From a virus (taxonomy: Duplodnaviria > Caudoviricetes), in IMG/VR virus record IMGVR_UViG_3300030095_004690, positions 1-29,271 of that record: a stretch of 29,271 nt of DNA. One strand, 5' to 3'. Position numbers and translations under genes: made by a program. Shown in pieces: positions 7,618 through 19,878 of the stretch. Within the stretch, counting starts at the first letter, position 1; every line of letters starts with the position of its first letter. The notes under the pieces were generated by a model that was not told where the DNA came from, did not search any database, and saw only the letters and a program-made list of their open reading frames with translations.

Positions 7618-10600
7618 TTATCGTGCAGTTGCGGGTGCGGTGTTTTCACCACCAAAGGGGTTCTCAGCGAAGGCAGCGTAGATGTAGTTTACAGCGGCAC
7701 CACCTGCTGAACCAGCAGTGTTTCTAATCTTGAACCCATTGCTGAGTAAATCTATGGGATAATCATTCTGTTCATCAACCGTCGAGTTAGGTATCAACCT
7801 AGCGGTTGATGGGTTGTAGGGTGAACGAGTAGAATCAAAGATTGCCCAGTTATACCCAGCTGGTGTACCTTTTACCATTACAAACGCCGGCTTGAACCCT
7901 GTGTAGATAAAAGGACCATCAGCGCTGCTGTTGCCCGTGTAACTACCGAATGCTGAGTAGCCAGGGATTGCGCACCATGCCCAACAGTTGTAGAGAGTAC
8001 CATTTTCATTCAACCAATCACTGGTTCCAACTGGGATATGAGTTGCTGTAGGCACATCGAAATATGCTGCAATCGTAGAACCATTTATGTTGTAGGGTAG
8101 TTCAAATCTTCCGTTGGTGGTTCCACCACCTGACATCCATGTCCACACTGGGTTAGGTCCAACAGCCTTTGTGATTAGGAACATATCAACAGGTTTACCC
8201 AAGTCGTGTGGTACGTTATAGATTGAAGCACCATCTGGATTCACACCTGTGTATTGGAGGAATTGGAATCCATTATTGGCAGGATTAGCGGCATCATAGT
8301 TCCAACACCAGGCAACAGAATCACCGGTAGGTGGGACATAAGATGTAGCCATACCACCACCGGAGTTGGAACTACCATTGTTAAGTCTGAGTACACTGCC
8401 TGTACCTAAAACACTGGTCACCAACTGATGGTTATTAGCATTCACCATATCCTTGATCCACCAGAGACCATCGGGGAAAGCAGCTTGAGCAGCAGCTAGA
8501 GGACCTGAGTCAACAAGGATTTGGTTACCGTTAATCCTAATACCCTGGCAATATGCATAAACACCTGCATTGGCATACATTTCCAAAGGGGTTGTTTTGT
8601 TAATAGTCCCGTTGGTTGCAACTTGTGTCCATGAACTATTTGTAACTGCAGTTACAGTACCATCGAATTTAGCGTTTTGACCAGCGTTGGGCATATAGAC
8701 TTCCAATGTAGTAAAAGCTACATCGGTATCCGGCGCAAATGTCATTAAGCTTCCAGTTGTTCCAGGTCCAGTACCATTAGGAACTGCAGAAACACCGCCG
8801 CCGCCAACATTACCTGTAAATCCACCTGTTGCGTCATAACCGGCACTTGCTAACCATGAACCTATTGCTGGTGTTAGGTAAGCACTCCAGTTACCTCCAA
8901 GTTCACCAGTACCTACGGTTGTAGCTGGACCTGCAGCAATAGCTCTGAAATGCTCGCTGGGATCTTTGATGGTTGGTTCATCAAGGTTTGCTGTTTGCAG
9001 CGCCTTGAAATCAGTAGGTGGTGTATGAAGGTAGGGTTGCTGTCCGTAGTTGATATTGCCAGTGCCGTTGTAATTAGTTACTCCAGCAGTGTAGTGTCCA
9101 GATGTAGGTGCAGCTAAAACAAGTGTGGGTTGAGCAGCATCAAAAGTACTTGCAATTGAACCATTGTTTCTCAACCAGTTGGTATTATCAACACAAGCGT
9201 ACAATTGTCTCGTATTAGCATTGTATAGAACTTGAATGACGAACCCAGCTGCAGGAATAGAAGGAAGAGTTCCACTAAGGACAACAGAGTTGTTTGTAAC
9301 TACAGCAAAAGTTGTACCAGAATATACCTTTATTTCGTAAGCACCGCTGCTTAAGACTGGGTTCGCGTTTGTAATACCAGAGGTAGGTACAAGAAACAGG
9401 GCGTACTGCCTGTTAGTAGGTGAATTAGTGGGCGGGTTATCGCATGTTAATTCAATGTAATATTTATTCTCGACAAGTGCCATTGTGCCTGGCGCTGCGT
9501 GTTGACTTGAGGCGACCGACAATGCCAAGTTTGCATCTGACAAAGTATCACTAAACGGATCCAGCGGATTCATCGTCGCAAAGTTCTGCGTCGGGCTGTC
9601 CTGCATCAGGTCGTAATCAGGAGATGTTTGTTCCGACTGCGAAAGGATTTGACCGTTGATGCGGATGGCGTAGAGATAAGTTCGTTGACCAACTGCATCA
9701 GCTGTTACACTAATCCTCAGATAACGAGGATCAGAACCAGCAGGGATAGGTGTTTCCAACCAGGTTAAAACTGTGTTGTCAATAACCACATTGCTTCCTG
9801 CGATAACATTCTTACTTGAATCAAGTAAATCCAGTTGATAAGGAACTAGGTTTGTATACTGCGCCCAGGCATACACTTCAACAGAAGTTAAAGAGCCCAC
9901 ATAATCTCTAAGGTCAAATGTGCCGCTTGTGATATCTCCACTGTTAAGGTGCTCCTTGCCAACCCAATACACATAACTTGTCAGGCTTCCATCAAACAAC
10001 TCTTGCATATTGTCAGCGCCACCAGCTTCTCCAAAAGTCAAGTTGCCATCTGCTGGAACCATATCAATAAAGTATGGCTGTCCTTGTGAATTAGGAACAT
10101 TGCCAGCAACTGCATTGGTAACGTCATCAACCCACCACCCATTTACATAACTGGTAGTATCAAACCCAGTAGCAGTGAAGTCATTGCCATTGCCTGAGTA
10201 GTCCTTGCCGACATCACTAGGGTCAGCAAAGGTCAGGTGGAAGCCGTTGGCGCCATAGTCATTAGTACGTGTTACCTGAACATCATTAAACTCAAGACCA
10301 CCCATGCCAACATCACCATTACCTCCCGAACTGGTCAAGCGGACCTGCGTGACGTTTGTTGATGCAATGTCAACAGAGTTCTGTGGACCATATCCACTAG
10401 AAGTAGTACCAGTACCAGCGGATGTGCCATTAACGAATAACTCCCAGTCGACTCCACCAGTATTAGCACCACCATTGAACTTGATATTAGTTACGCCAGC
10501 ATTGCCAGCAGGGAAATCAATAATCAAGTCACCGTTGACAACATAATAGAAGTGGTTGCTAGAAGCGACCCACGGTGTAAAGATATTGTCTTGACTGTAT

Positions 10601-11199
10601 AAGGTGCTTGTTCCAGTGTCAGAAACACGAGCTGAGTTAGTGAGCTCAGGGTCCTTAGGAACCCACACACCATCGGCGTTGTATCGGCCAAATGTAGTAG
10701 GTGCTAAATTACTCCCATCAACTAGATAGGCATCAGCAATGTAACCAGTCCACTTGTACTGGTGATCACCTGTTACTTTGTAGACATCGCCAATGAGAAA
10801 GTTGTATGCGCTGAGCGTAGTACCAAAACCCGGCCAATTGGGCACGGACACTTGCTCGCCATTTAACCAAATTCCATTGTTGCTATACACAAGGTGATAC
10901 CAAGCGCTAGGGTCACGCAGGTATTTGTCAGAATAATGCCAACTACTGGAGATGCCACCAAACTGGTCCTGAACGAGACCAATCCCCCATCCATAGTAAA
11001 CTGACCCGAATAAACACGGTGAGTTACCATTAGATGCGTTGTACTTAAACCACATCGATACCGTAAAATCAGCGCCACTTGGATAAGTGCTACCTTCTAG
11101 GTATTGAAGTCCACTAAACCTCAGACTCTGTTCAATCGGGTCGCCAAGATCCGCCGTTTTGGCGGACCCCAGCAACATATTATTGTGAAATGCACTCAT
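7618..11199 (-). CDS. large fiber/receptor-binding protein with LamG/ConA-like and SPRY-like domains
   Basis: FTVSMWFK...RDPSAWYHLV (LamG-like), GFHLTF...KDYSGNGNDF, DSPTQNFATMNPL...KYYIE (SPRY-like), C-terminal FIYTGFKPAFVMVK...YIYAAFAENPF. Confidence 0.8.
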   Translation of the reverse strand: MSAFHNNMLLGSAKTADLGDPIEQSLRFSGLQYLEGSTYPSGADFTVSMWFKYNASNGNSPCLFGSVYYGWGIGLVQDQFGGISSSWHYSDKYLRDPSAWYHLVYSNNGIWLNGEQVSVPNWPGFGTTLSAYNFLIGDVYKVTGDHQYKWTGYIADAYLVDGSNLAPTTFGRYNADGVWVPKDPELTNSARVSDTGTSTLYSQDNIFTPWVASSNHFYYVVNGDLIIDFPAGNAGVTNIKFNGGANTGGVDWELFVNGTSAGTGTTSSGYGPQNSVDIASTNVTQVRLTSSGGNGDVGMGGLEFNDVQVTRTNDYGANGFHLTFADPSDVGKDYSGNGNDFTATGFDTTSYVNGWWVDDVTNAVAGNVPNSQGQPYFIDMVPADGNLTFGEAGGADNMQELFDGSLTSYVYWVGKEHLNSGDITSGTFDLRDYVGSLTSVEVYAWAQYTNLVPYQLDLLDSSKNVIAGSNVVIDNTVLTWLETPIPAGSDPRYLRISVTADAVGQRTYLYAIRINGQILSQSEQTSPDYDLMQDSPTQNFATMNPLDPFSDTLSDANLALSVASSQHAAPGTMALVENKYYIELTCDNPPTNSPTNRQYALFLVPTSGITNANPVLSSGAYEIKVYSGTTFAVVTNNSVVLSGTLPSIPAAGFVIQVLYNANTRQLYACVDNTNWLRNNGSIASTFDAAQPTLVLAAPTSGHYTAGVTNYNGTGNINYGQQPYLHTPPTDFKALQTANLDEPTIKDPSEHFRAIAAGPATTVGTGELGGNWSAYLTPAIGSWLASAGYDATGGFTGNVGGGGVSAVPNGTGPGTTGSLMTFAPDTDVAFTTLEVYMPNAGQNAKFDGTVTAVTNSSWTQVATNGTINKTTPLEMYANAGVYAYCQGIRINGNQILVDSGPLAAAQAAFPDGLWWIKDMVNANNHQLVTSVLGTGSVLRLNNGSSNSGGGMATSYVPPTGDSVAWCWNYDAANPANNGFQFLQYTGVNPDGASIYNVPHDLGKPVDMFLITKAVGPNPVWTWMSGGGTTNGRFELPYNINGSTIAAYFDVPTATHIPVGTSDWLNENGTLYNCWAWCAIPGYSAFGSYTGNSSADGPFIYTGFKPAFVMVKGTPAGYNWAIFDSTRSPYNPSTARLIPNSTVDEQNDYPIDLLSNGFKIRNTAGSAGGAAVNYIYAAFAENPFGGENTAPATAR

Positions 11200-11201
11200 A
11201 T

Positions 11202-11732
11202 TTAAGCCACCGCTTTAGTATATACAGCGTGGATTTTTTCACTGCCACTAGTATCATTGTAGACAATATAATCAAGACGATCTACATCACCACTTGTAGA
11301 CGAACTAGCTGGAGCATTTGTTTGGCCGCCTTTCCAATGGAATTTGGTAGAAAATGAAGCAAGTGCTGTACCAGTAAAAACAAAAAAGATACTGCCACTT
11401 TGTCCGAGTGTTGCACTGCCTGCAGTTACATCAATATTGGCTGCACCATTAACAGTGATAATTTGATTTGAGCTGCTACCAAAATCGATATTTCCATTAT
11501 TAGTGCCAGATGTAACAGTAACACCAGTAGCGCAATCACCAAACGTTTTAGCTTGGGTCTCACCAAGCATTACGTGCCCACCAGCAGTACTGTTATCGTG
11601 GACAACAAGGACATCTTTATCGGTATCGACAGTGACTTCACCGACCTCACCAGTGAATGAAGGTACCCCAGTATTCGTATTTCCAACGTGTTGCTCTGTA
11701 GTTCCCCGTCGAAGTTGTAATAGTTTTGCCAT
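11202..11732 (-). CDS. short fiber adaptor with Mtd_N-like (major tropism determinant N-terminal) domain
   Basis: LQLRRGTTEQH...FTGEVGEVTVDTDKDVLVVHD..TAGGH; C-terminal WKGG..AP...VDRLDY domain. Confidence 0.75.
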   Translation of the reverse strand: MAKLLQLRRGTTEQHVGNTNTGVPSFTGEVGEVTVDTDKDVLVVHDNSTAGGHVMLGETQAKTFGDCATGVTVTSGTNNGNIDFGSSSNQIITVNGAANIDVTAGSATLGQSGSIFFVFTGTALASFSTKFHWKGGQTNAPASSSTSGDVDRLDYIVYNDTSGSEKIHAVYTKAVA

Positions 11733-11738
11733 AGTTAA

Positions 11739-12173
11739 TTAAGGAGTTGAAGGCCAGGTAATATTGAATGGGTCTGCTTGGGTCGTGATATCACGTAGTT
11801 GTTGACGATATGTAGCCCAAGCAGTTTTGTCTACATTGCTTACATCAGGGAGCTGAGTCCAGTCGGATTGTTGTAGATACATATCCCTTAGGTTACGTAC
11901 CTCAGTCCACTCATCAGTAGTCAACTGTGCGTTGTAATCATCAGAGTTAGTAACTACACGTACTGTGTAAACGACACCATCCTCTAAATAGGCGTCAACA
12001 GTTTCTAGGTGTTGTGTAGCCGTGTCGAAGCTGCGAGAGGCTAGTAGGTCAACAACACCATTCTCGGCCTTCCATTCATCGTTAGGACCGGTTCTCGGGA
12101 AACAAACATTAGGAAAAAGAGACTGCAAAGTTCCCGTATTTGCAATCTCATTGTTTTGTATAATAGCAATCAT
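11739..12173 (-). CDS. tail fiber assembly chaperone
   Basis: WTEVRNLRDMYLQQSDWTQLPD...WATYRQQLRDIT...ITWPSTP; directly after the tail fiber. Confidence 0.85.
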   Translation of the reverse strand: MIAIIQNNEIANTGTLQSLFPNVCFPRTGPNDEWKAENGVVDLLASRSFDTATQHLETVDAYLEDGVVYTVRVVTNSDDYNAQLTTDEWTEVRNLRDMYLQQSDWTQLPDVSNVDKTAWATYRQQLRDITTQADPFNITWPSTP

Positions 12174-15100
12174 TAGATGTCTCCAACTGCAGCGCCGTAA
12201 ATAGTTGTACCAATCTTCCAGAATTCAATAACAGTATCACCTGATGTATTTAAAGTAGGAGCGGAGCCACCGATCCAGTTAACTGAAGAAAACGTGACAG
12301 TATTTGCACCAGCATTGACGTGAGCCAATATGCTTTGACCAGTATTCAAGGTAAGAGTTACCGTAGTATTAGTGTTGTATGTAAGGTCATATACATGCGC
12401 CGTAGCTGCATTAAGAGTGGCAAGATTAGTACCAGTAGTTACTGTTTCAGAGAAGTTGTCAAGGCTGGTATCGCTTAGCGTGCCAGTTGCACTGAAGCTG
12501 GCTGCAACAGTCTGGATATCAGTAATGTTAGTAGCACAGGTATTAAGAGCACCACCAGTACTGCTGTTCGTCAGTGCACTAGTGACGGAGCCAAGATCAT
12601 TAGACGAGGCAAGGTCACTGGATACAGTATTTAGATCAGTTTGCTGTTGAGCAGTTAAAGTCCCCATCTGGAACTTTTGAGTCCAGGTGGAACCTGATGC
12701 ATCTTTACGGTATGCGTTTTTGTTGGTGTCATCAGAGTCAATCCACCAGTCACCTACGTTGCCGCTTGAACCCGGACTAGAGGTCTGGTAGTAGAACTCA
12801 GTACCGTCGTCACCATCTGCACCGGCTGCACCCGTTGATCCGGCTGGACCTTGAGGACCTGTAGAACCTGCCGGTCCTTGTGGACCTTGTGCTCCATCTG
12901 ATCCATCTGCACCATCATTTCCATCAGCACCTGCTGGTCCTGCTGGACCTTGTGGTCCCGTAGAACCTTGTGGACCTGTTGGACCCTGTGCACCATCTGA
13001 TCCGTCATTTCCATCTACGCCTGCTGGACCTTGAGAACCTGTAGGACCTGCTGGACCTTGCGGACCGGTTGGACCTGTCGACCCGGCTGGACCGGTTGGA
13101 CCTGCTGGACCTTGAGCTCCGTCAGCTCCATCTGCACCTGCCGCTCCGGTAGCACCTTGAGGACCTTGAGGACCTGTTGAACCAGTAGGACCTGCTGGTC
13201 CTTGAGCTCCATCTGCACCGTCATTCCCATCAGCACCTGCTGCACCAGTTGCTCCGGTTGCTCCGGTTGCACCTGTTGACCCTTGAGGACCTGTAGCACC
13301 TTGAGGACCTGTAGCTCCCTGAGGACCTGTAGCTCCCTGCGAACCAGTAGCTCCAGTAGCTCCAGTAGCTCCGTCTTCTAACTTGTCCCATGCACTACTG
13401 CCTGTACGGTAGTAGAGGTAGTTATCGGAAGTATTGAAGTAAAGGTCACCAGTTTGCAAGGCAGAATTATCTGCACGAGTAGAAGGTGCACTAGAAGCAA
13501 TCTGGTATATGTCGGCAAAGTTATTAACGTCACTGATGTTAGATGAGACGTTAGTAACTGCAGTAATGTTATTGCCTACATTATTAATATTGGTAATAGC
13601 ACCTGCACATGTCTGCAGTGAGCCACCTGTGCCAGTATTACTAGCAGGAACGGTAATAGAACCTAGGTCATTGTTTTGAGAGATATCATTAGCAACGGCG
13701 GAGACATCAGTAAGCTGAGCAGATGTGAGAGTTACATTACCCCAAGTGGAGCCGTCATAGGCACGGAGAACATCTGTAGTGGTGTCAAAGTAAAGGTCAC
13801 CCTCTACCAATGCAGTGCTGTTTGATCTAGTTAATGGACCGTTAGTGAAACCACTACCAGCAGTGGGAGAGATTTGATAGCGATTATTGAATGCATTAAT
13901 ATCACTCAAGTTGCTAACAACAGTCTGCAGTGAACCTCCAGTGTTAGTGTTGGTTACAGTACCAGTAACAGAACCTAGGTCGTTATTCTGAGCAAGGTCA
14001 TTAGCTACAGCAGATACATCTGATAGTTGGGTTGGAGTAAGGTCCATACCCATTTGGAACTTTTGATTCCACGTACCAGATTCTCTACGCCAAAGTTCTT
14101 TACCAGTGCTGTCGGAATCAACCCAGAAGTCACCATCCACACCACCAGTAGGTGTCGTGGTTTGGTAGTAGATTTCAGTGCCGTCAGCACCGTCAGCACC
14201 GTCAGCACCGTCAGCACCGTTAGTACCGTTAGTACCGTTAGTACCGTCAGCACCGTTAGTTCCAGGAGTACCGGGAGTACCTTGATCACCTTTGGGAATG
14301 CTGAAATCAAAGGTTGCAGCTGTGGATGTACCACTATTGGTTACAGCCGCGCTAGAGCCAGCAGCACCTGTCGTGACAGTACCGACAGAAATAGTTCCTG
14401 TACCACCGGTATCACCTTTAGGTATTGCAAAGTCGAGTACTGCTGCTGCAGATGTTCCACTGTTAGTTACGCTTACATTCGTACCAGCGTTGCCAGTAGT
14501 AACCGAACCAACAGAAACCGTTGCAGCAGCTCCAGTAGCACCTGTGGGAATGGTAAAATCTAAAGTGGCTGCACCAGATGTACCAGAATTAGAGACGGCA
14601 GCAGATGAACCAGCAGCACCAGTAGTTACTGACCCTACGCTTACTGTAGCGGCATCGCCTTGGTCACCCTTAGGTATGGTGAAATTAAGGATGGCTGATG
14701 TGTTAGATCCTGTATTAGTAATAGAGGCGCTAGATCCCGCAGCACCGGTTGTAACAGTACCAACAGTAATAGTACCTGCTGGACCTTGTGCACCGCCAGT
14801 AGCATTCCAAGCACTACCCGTGTAATACTTTAAAAGATTGTTAGTAGTGTCGTACCAAAGATCACCAGATACAACCGTCCAACCAGCAGGTAAAACTGGG
14901 TTACCGGAGTTGTTAACATCCTCTGCAGCAATTAAATACTCATCTGCATACCTGTTTAAAGCACCAATACTTCCGGCAACAGTTGTGATGTCAGTAGCAT
15001 TACTAGCAACGTTTTGAATGTTATTGTTACTAATCTGACCAGCAACAGCTGTCACATCCCCGTTGATACCGGCTACTGTATTAATGTTAGGTATTGCGGG

Positions 15101-15901
15101 AATAACAGTACTGATATTGGACAGGTTAGGTGCCGTTGCAAGGGTACCGATATCAGAGACACTAGGTGCAACAGCTGTAATATCAGAGATTGAGTTTGAA
15201 ATAGATTGCCAGTCAACTGTGCTGGATCCTCCAGAAACTGCATCACTGATAAGACCATAGTCACTAAAGGTACTAGCAGCTCCAGCAATAACTTCAAGTG
15301 CACTAATCTGTGAATCAGTAAGTGTAACTGGATTCCAGGTATTGTTGTAGCGATAGTTTAACCGTATATTTGCTGTATCAAGCCAAATATCACCATCTTG
15401 TAGTGCTGTACTGCTTCCACCTGGGCGAGTAGTAGGTGCTGTTCCACTGGATTGGAATTTGTATTCAAACTCGTTGCCCTGGTCTACAAAAGCAGCAATA
15501 AAGTTATAGAGATCAGCTACGGTATTACCGTCTGCCTGGATACTGGCATTAGCAGTATTAACACCCGTAAGATCTAACTTGCGCTCATCAAACTCCTCAA
15601 TAATATTGAAAACCTGAGCCTGGTTCCTATTAAGGTCTTGAGCACGGATTGAACCACCTGGGTTAAATTGAACAGCAGCATTGTCTGTACTTGTCTCACG
15701 GCGTACCGTAAAAACATCACCAACATTGTAGCTGCCTGATGCAATAGCGATCTGTGTTCTTGTAACGAATTGCCAATTTGTAAATGGCGTAGCTCCCTTA
15801 AAGACCTTTACGTCACTTTCATTAATCCAATCAAATGTAAAATTAATGAGGAGATTGCCGGTAGTTCCAGAAGCTACTGTGTATTTAGTTTCTAAGTTCA
15901 T
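12173..15901 (-). CDS. tail fiber protein (T7 gp17-like N-terminus) with collagen-like segments
   Basis: N-terminal FTF....DVKV...VRRET...[17 protein letters not shown] anchor; Gly-X-Y runs; follows gp16. Confidence 0.92.
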   Translation of the reverse strand: MNLETKYTVASGTTGNLLINFTFDWINESDVKVFKGATPFTNWQFVTRTQIAIASGSYNVGDVFTVRRETSTDNAAVQFNPGGSIRAQDLNRNQAQVFNIIEEFDERKLDLTGVNTANASIQADGNTVADLYNFIAAFVDQGNEFEYKFQSSGTAPTTRPGGSSTALQDGDIWLDTANIRLNYRYNNTWNPVTLTDSQISALEVIAGAASTFSDYGLISDAVSGGSSTVDWQSISNSISDITAVAPSVSDIGTLATAPNLSNISTVIPAIPNINTVAGINGDVTAVAGQISNNNIQNVASNATDITTVAGSIGALNRYADEYLIAAEDVNNSGNPVLPAGWTVVSGDLWYDTTNNLLKYYTGSAWNATGGAQGPAGTITVGTVTTGAAGSSASITNTGSNTSAILNFTIPKGDQGDAATVSVGSVTTGAAGSSAAVSNSGTSGAATLDFTIPTGATGAAATVSVGSVTTGNAGTNVSVTNSGTSAAAVLDFAIPKGDTGGTGTISVGTVTTGAAGSSAAVTNSGTSTAATFDFSIPKGDQGTPGTPGTNGADGTNGTNGTNGADGADGADGADGTEIYYQTTTPTGGVDGDFWVDSDSTGKELWRRESGTWNQKFQMGMDLTPTQLSDVSAVANDLAQNNDLGSVTGTVTNTNTGGSLQTVVSNLSDINAFNNRYQISPTAGSGFTNGPLTRSNSTALVEGDLYFDTTTDVLRAYDGSTWGNVTLTSAQLTDVSAVANDISQNNDLGSITVPASNTGTGGSLQTCAGAITNINNVGNNITAVTNVSSNISDVNNFADIYQIASSAPSTRADNSALQTGDLYFNTSDNYLYYRTGSSAWDKLEDGATGATGATGSQGATGPQGATGPQGATGPQGSTGATGATGATGAAGADGNDGADGAQGPAGPTGSTGPQGPQGATGAAGADGADGAQGPAGPTGPAGSTGPTGPQGPAGPTGSQGPAGVDGNDGSDGAQGPTGPQGSTGPQGPAGPAGADGNDGADGSDGAQGPQGPAGSTGPQGPAGSTGAAGADGDDGTEFYYQTSSPGSSGNVGDWWIDSDDTNKNAYRKDASGSTWTQKFQMGTLTAQQQTDLNTVSSDLASSNDLGSVTSALTNSSTGGALNTCATNITDIQTVAASFSATGTLSDTSLDNFSETVTTGTNLATLNAATAHVYDLTYNTNTTVTLTLNTGQSILAHVNAGANTVTFSSVNWIGGSAPTLNTSGDTVIEFWKIGTTIYGAAVGDI
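12809..13376 (-). repeat. collagen-like Gly-X-Y coding repeat (~60 triplets)
   Basis: [18 protein letters not shown]...GADGDDG in the tail fiber. Confidence 0.9.
14181..14261. repeat. 9-bp tandem repeat x9 (CCGTCAGCA / CCGTTAGTA)
   Basis: Seen directly; encodes GAD/GTN triplets on the minus strand. Confidence 0.9.
14281..14790 (-). repeat. four ~41-43-aa repeats ([32 protein letters not shown])
   Basis: Four near-identical units in the tail fiber translation. Confidence 0.88.
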
Positions 15902-18900
15902 TGGTCAAGAATTTCTTGTACATCTTCTGGAAGTCGGCCTTCCAATACTGCTTGCTTCTGTTCAAGCAGGTCTCCTTGTCGATCTAATACAGCGTCGTAG
16001 TTAGATAATTGAGGGATAGCCTCTTCTCTTGCAGCACGGAGGTGCTGGTCCAATTCATTGAACAAGTAATCAAACTTGTCAACTGGGTAACTCTCAGATC
16101 CATAACCCTGCCGACGTAGTGTTTTCATCTTTTTCACAAAGTCTTTGGCATCCTTTCGAGCCATAACTTCACGTAGTCGATCTAAGAAGTACTGATCTTT
16201 ACCCATGATTGCATAAAGTTCAGATTGTTCTTGTGGAGTAAATTCGATACCGTCATCACCTTTAATCATGATAGGCCTTGAATCGTATTCAATTTCAACA
16301 AGGAACTGACGTTCTGGGGTCAAATCACCAGAAACTTTGAATGGTGAAAGGTCGTTATATAGACGTACAAGGAGATTGTCGTGAGACCACACTGGAGATC
16401 CATCAAGCCAGTCGGTAAGTACTGGTGCTGCACCTTGTGGGTCAAGGACATCTAAACCACGGTTCCTGTTACGCAGCAATGCCATGTATTCATTATTGTG
16501 AATAGTAAGCATTGGGCTAAGAACACGTCCGATGTCATTACGAGCACCACTTAGAGGCAGTGCCGAGCTGGTAAACGAAGCAGACCAACGACTCCATGCA
16601 CCTTCATCACCGGATACAATCGACAACAGTGGTTCTAAACCCTGCAGTGGTGTACGTCCAGTGATAGTTGAAGCAGCAATATATGCCAACTTACGGAATG
16701 AATTCTCAGTATGTGCTTCAGAAACCATGTCAAAGTTATCTGCAACATTAGCTACTGCAGAAACCCAATCAGCCCAAGGTCCAAGGTTTTCAAAGGAATG
16801 CCAGTTACCAAGCGGATCTTGGAACTGCCGTGGATTCCAATCCACTTCTCTACGAAGTTTTTGTACCTCTCGGTCGTAATGACCGTCACCACGCAGCCTG
16901 CCTTGGAGTGCCATGCCTACTGCCATTGCTGCAATTGTGGTGCCGATAGCTACCCGACCAATCGTTTCATTCTGCAGCTCAGTAAATTTAGCAATCTTCC
17001 TATCATCAATAGGTATCCCACGTTTCTGTAAAGCAGTGGTAATTTCATCTGGATGGAAGTCACTTACTTTTTTACCGTGATACCCAACAAGCTCCCTGTA
17101 GTCACCAGCAAGGGCACCAAGAGGAGTTCGGTTCCAGCCAGCACCGATCATGTTCATCGATGTTTTGGTAAACATCATGAATGGACGGATAGCTGGTATG
17201 TGAGTAATGATGCTACTAATTCCATTAATAGCTTCACTGTCTAAGCTCATTGCAATTTCACGGCTTGCATACTCCACAGCCTCATCTTTGATGAATCCAG
17301 ACCTGTCGAACATTTCGCTGTAGTGTTGATCCGCAGCCCTTTGTAGGTCCTCAGGACCCATATCACCAAACAGAAGGTTTGCGTCATAAGCACGCCCACG
17401 GGCTTCAAAGTTAGCAATCACTGCACGGGTAAAGCCATCAAATGCACCCATTGCATTAACACCGAATCGGAGTACTGGATGTTTTTGCAGGTCATTTAGG
17501 TTTTCAACGAAGTTAACCATGACCCTTGGGCCTAGTTCGCCGTTGGCTTCTGCAGCATCTGCAGCTGCATTCAGAACCTCCATTGTGTTTGCATTTTTAA
17601 TCTGCAGATCATCACGCATTACATAAGGTACTGAGTGAGGATCCATTGAGGATTTCTTGAACACCATCCCCATGTGAGCACTACCCTTTCTCAGGGTGTC
17701 CATCACGGCGCTGTATTGATACCAACCACGTCGGATAGAATCCATGTCCCCACGAACCGCAGCCCCTGCAAACAATGCAGCTGGTTTCTCAAGCAATAGG
17801 ATGGTGTTAGAAAGCCCGGCTTTCATTGGTGTGACAATACTAGAAAGCATTGAGTTGAAGATATTGCCCCACACACCCTGCATTACTTGCGATGGGATAG
17901 AGACCTCACCTACATCAAAAAAAGCCTTTTTAATGACACCAAGGCTGTTACTAACGAATTGGTTTAATTTATAGATACTATCGACGTTTCCATCTGTAAG
18001 TTCATAAGCCAACCACAGTGGTTTCATTGCTTCTGGATGACTTGTACTAAGAGCTCGTAACTCTTCTACAAACTTACGATTCCTAGGGATGATGTTACCT
18101 AATGCATCTTCAGTTTGCTCCCGTGCCTTATCGGCAAGATCTTTCAGTTTCTTGGGATCACGGTTTTTGATAACCGACCACATACGCTTCCACGTATTCA
18201 GGTAGTTCAGTGAGCTACCGCGAATATACGAAGCAAGCCCCTTTTCTACCATCAAGTATTCAAGTCGATCGAGGATCTGTTCCTGAGCACGTTGGATAAT
18301 ATTGGTGTCATCCATCATGCGTGCACCTTCAGCGATGTCGCTGATCTGACCAGCCATTGAGGTAGTCAAATATGCCTGGGCTTTCATGGTGTCCATGTTC
18401 ATGTAGTCATCCATATATGACTTCATGGCCTTCATGACACCGTTGTATGCGGGGTTGTTTAGATTCTCAAGCCCTTCATTGATGTTCTTGTATTCATCAA
18501 GGATACCTTTGAGGAATCCACGATCAGCAAGAGGGTCGTAAAGCACTTCTGCAAGACGTGTGCCTGCAGCATCAATCTCTTCAAATGATGTGGTTGCACC
18601 CTTGGCAATATGATCCCATTCACCAGAGTTGGTGATGGATTGTTTAACGAGATCAACTAGCGTACGCCGTGATAAGTCATCAGCTTGGAGACCGAACTTA
18701 AGTGCACCCTCTGTGATAATGCTTCCAAGTCTGCCCCATGTGGTACCTCGGTTGTTTTGGATACGGGCAGCAGCGACCATTGCATCAGCTACACCACGCT
18801 TATTGGGAGCAATAGTTCCTTGTTGAACTGGGTCAATCAAATCCGAGTGGACACCAAGGAGTGGCTCATCAAGTCGTGCACCAGCTTTCTGGCTTAAGTT

Positions 18901-19878
18901 CCAATCTGCAACTTCATTCAACGCATCTTCGCGTGACATTGCACTGAACTCAACTTGTGCTTCTACGTCATCAAGCGCATCGAGAAGATCATCACCACTT
19001 TGAGATTTACCAAGCTTCTCATAGATTGCTCCCATCTTCTCCTGATTAACGACATCAAGTTCGTTAAAGAAAGCTTCAGAGATTTTATTGCGTGGTTTAA
19101 TCTTTGAAAAGAAATCAACTCCACGCAATGCATTCATCAATCGAGCAATACCTACACCAAGGTCAGCAAATATGCCGAGTGCTACACCTTCCTTGACGGT
19201 TTTATCTCGCTTCAGATCTTCACTGTCTTCATCGAGTGTTGCCCAGTCGTCACTAATCCAACCCAAGCGGTTTGGGAATTGTTCCTTTAAGTAGCCGAGA
19301 AGGTTATCCCCCTCACCACTCGTCTTATTTAAATAATCGACTGATGCACCTGCACCTGCACTGAAGGCAGCCTCACCGAGCCACTTGACCAGTGGGTCGT
19401 TAGTTACTGCCCATTTACCAATGCTTACAGGTTTAGCAGCCGCAAGTGCTTGCAACCCTTTAACACCAAACCTTGTTGCATAAATTGTAGGAATAACTAC
19501 GGATGAGATCTCACGAAATGCCTGAGCAAATTCGTTCTTATATGCTGGAGCCTCCGGTAAATCTAAGGGGCTGAAGTGGTTGAATGCATCAATTGCAAAA
19601 TCAACCGTTCCAGCAGCGGGTGATGTGATTAGTTCTTGTGCAGTCTTACCGCCCTCTAGAAGGGTCTCTCCAGCAGCCGTTACAGCTTCCATAAAGGAAG
19701 GTTCTTCATCGGCCTTCTCGGGGCTTGTAGGTGCCTCTGAGGTGGCCTCTGGCTTGGGAGCGGGAGCCTGCTTTACTGATCCGTCTTCTTCAAGACCAAG
19801 GATCGTGTTTTGTTGTTTTAGTTCCTCCAGCTCTTGTGGAGTTAGTTCCCTATCTAAGGGATCAATAAGTTCTGCCAT
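15898..19878 (-). CDS. internal virion (ejection) protein, gp16-like
   Basis: 1326 aa, helical, at the canonical position before the tail fiber. Confidence 0.8.
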   Translation of the reverse strand: MAELIDPLDRELTPQELEELKQQNTILGLEEDGSVKQAPAPKPEATSEAPTSPEKADEEPSFMEAVTAAGETLLEGGKTAQELITSPAAGTVDFAIDAFNHFSPLDLPEAPAYKNEFAQAFREISSVVIPTIYATRFGVKGLQALAAAKPVSIGKWAVTNDPLVKWLGEAAFSAGAGASVDYLNKTSGEGDNLLGYLKEQFPNRLGWISDDWATLDEDSEDLKRDKTVKEGVALGIFADLGVGIARLMNALRGVDFFSKIKPRNKISEAFFNELDVVNQEKMGAIYEKLGKSQSGDDLLDALDDVEAQVEFSAMSREDALNEVADWNLSQKAGARLDEPLLGVHSDLIDPVQQGTIAPNKRGVADAMVAAARIQNNRGTTWGRLGSIITEGALKFGLQADDLSRRTLVDLVKQSITNSGEWDHIAKGATTSFEEIDAAGTRLAEVLYDPLADRGFLKGILDEYKNINEGLENLNNPAYNGVMKAMKSYMDDYMNMDTMKAQAYLTTSMAGQISDIAEGARMMDDTNIIQRAQEQILDRLEYLMVEKGLASYIRGSSLNYLNTWKRMWSVIKNRDPKKLKDLADKAREQTEDALGNIIPRNRKFVEELRALSTSHPEAMKPLWLAYELTDGNVDSIYKLNQFVSNSLGVIKKAFFDVGEVSIPSQVMQGVWGNIFNSMLSSIVTPMKAGLSNTILLLEKPAALFAGAAVRGDMDSIRRGWYQYSAVMDTLRKGSAHMGMVFKKSSMDPHSVPYVMRDDLQIKNANTMEVLNAAADAAEANGELGPRVMVNFVENLNDLQKHPVLRFGVNAMGAFDGFTRAVIANFEARGRAYDANLLFGDMGPEDLQRAADQHYSEMFDRSGFIKDEAVEYASREIAMSLDSEAINGISSIITHIPAIRPFMMFTKTSMNMIGAGWNRTPLGALAGDYRELVGYHGKKVSDFHPDEITTALQKRGIPIDDRKIAKFTELQNETIGRVAIGTTIAAMAVGMALQGRLRGDGHYDREVQKLRREVDWNPRQFQDPLGNWHSFENLGPWADWVSAVANVADNFDMVSEAHTENSFRKLAYIAASTITGRTPLQGLEPLLSIVSGDEGAWSRWSASFTSSALPLSGARNDIGRVLSPMLTIHNNEYMALLRNRNRGLDVLDPQGAAPVLTDWLDGSPVWSHDNLLVRLYNDLSPFKVSGDLTPERQFLVEIEYDSRPIMIKGDDGIEFTPQEQSELYAIMGKDQYFLDRLREVMARKDAKDFVKKMKTLRRQGYGSESYPVDKFDYLFNELDQHLRAAREEAIPQLSNYDAVLDRQGDLLEQKQAVLEGRLPEDVQEILDQ

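Noticed and set aside
11202-11732. Diversity-generating retroelement suggested by the Mtd_N domain
   Set aside because: No reverse transcriptase or TR/VR repeat pair visible in the window; Mtd_N is a common fiber anchor
14181-14261. Possible CRISPR-like array
   Set aside because: Contiguous 9-bp coding repeats with no spacers
12754-14825. Alternative-frame and antisense ORFs with (VLT)n, (STV)n and Q/V-rich repeats
   Set aside because: Shadows of the collagen and other repeats in the tail fiber
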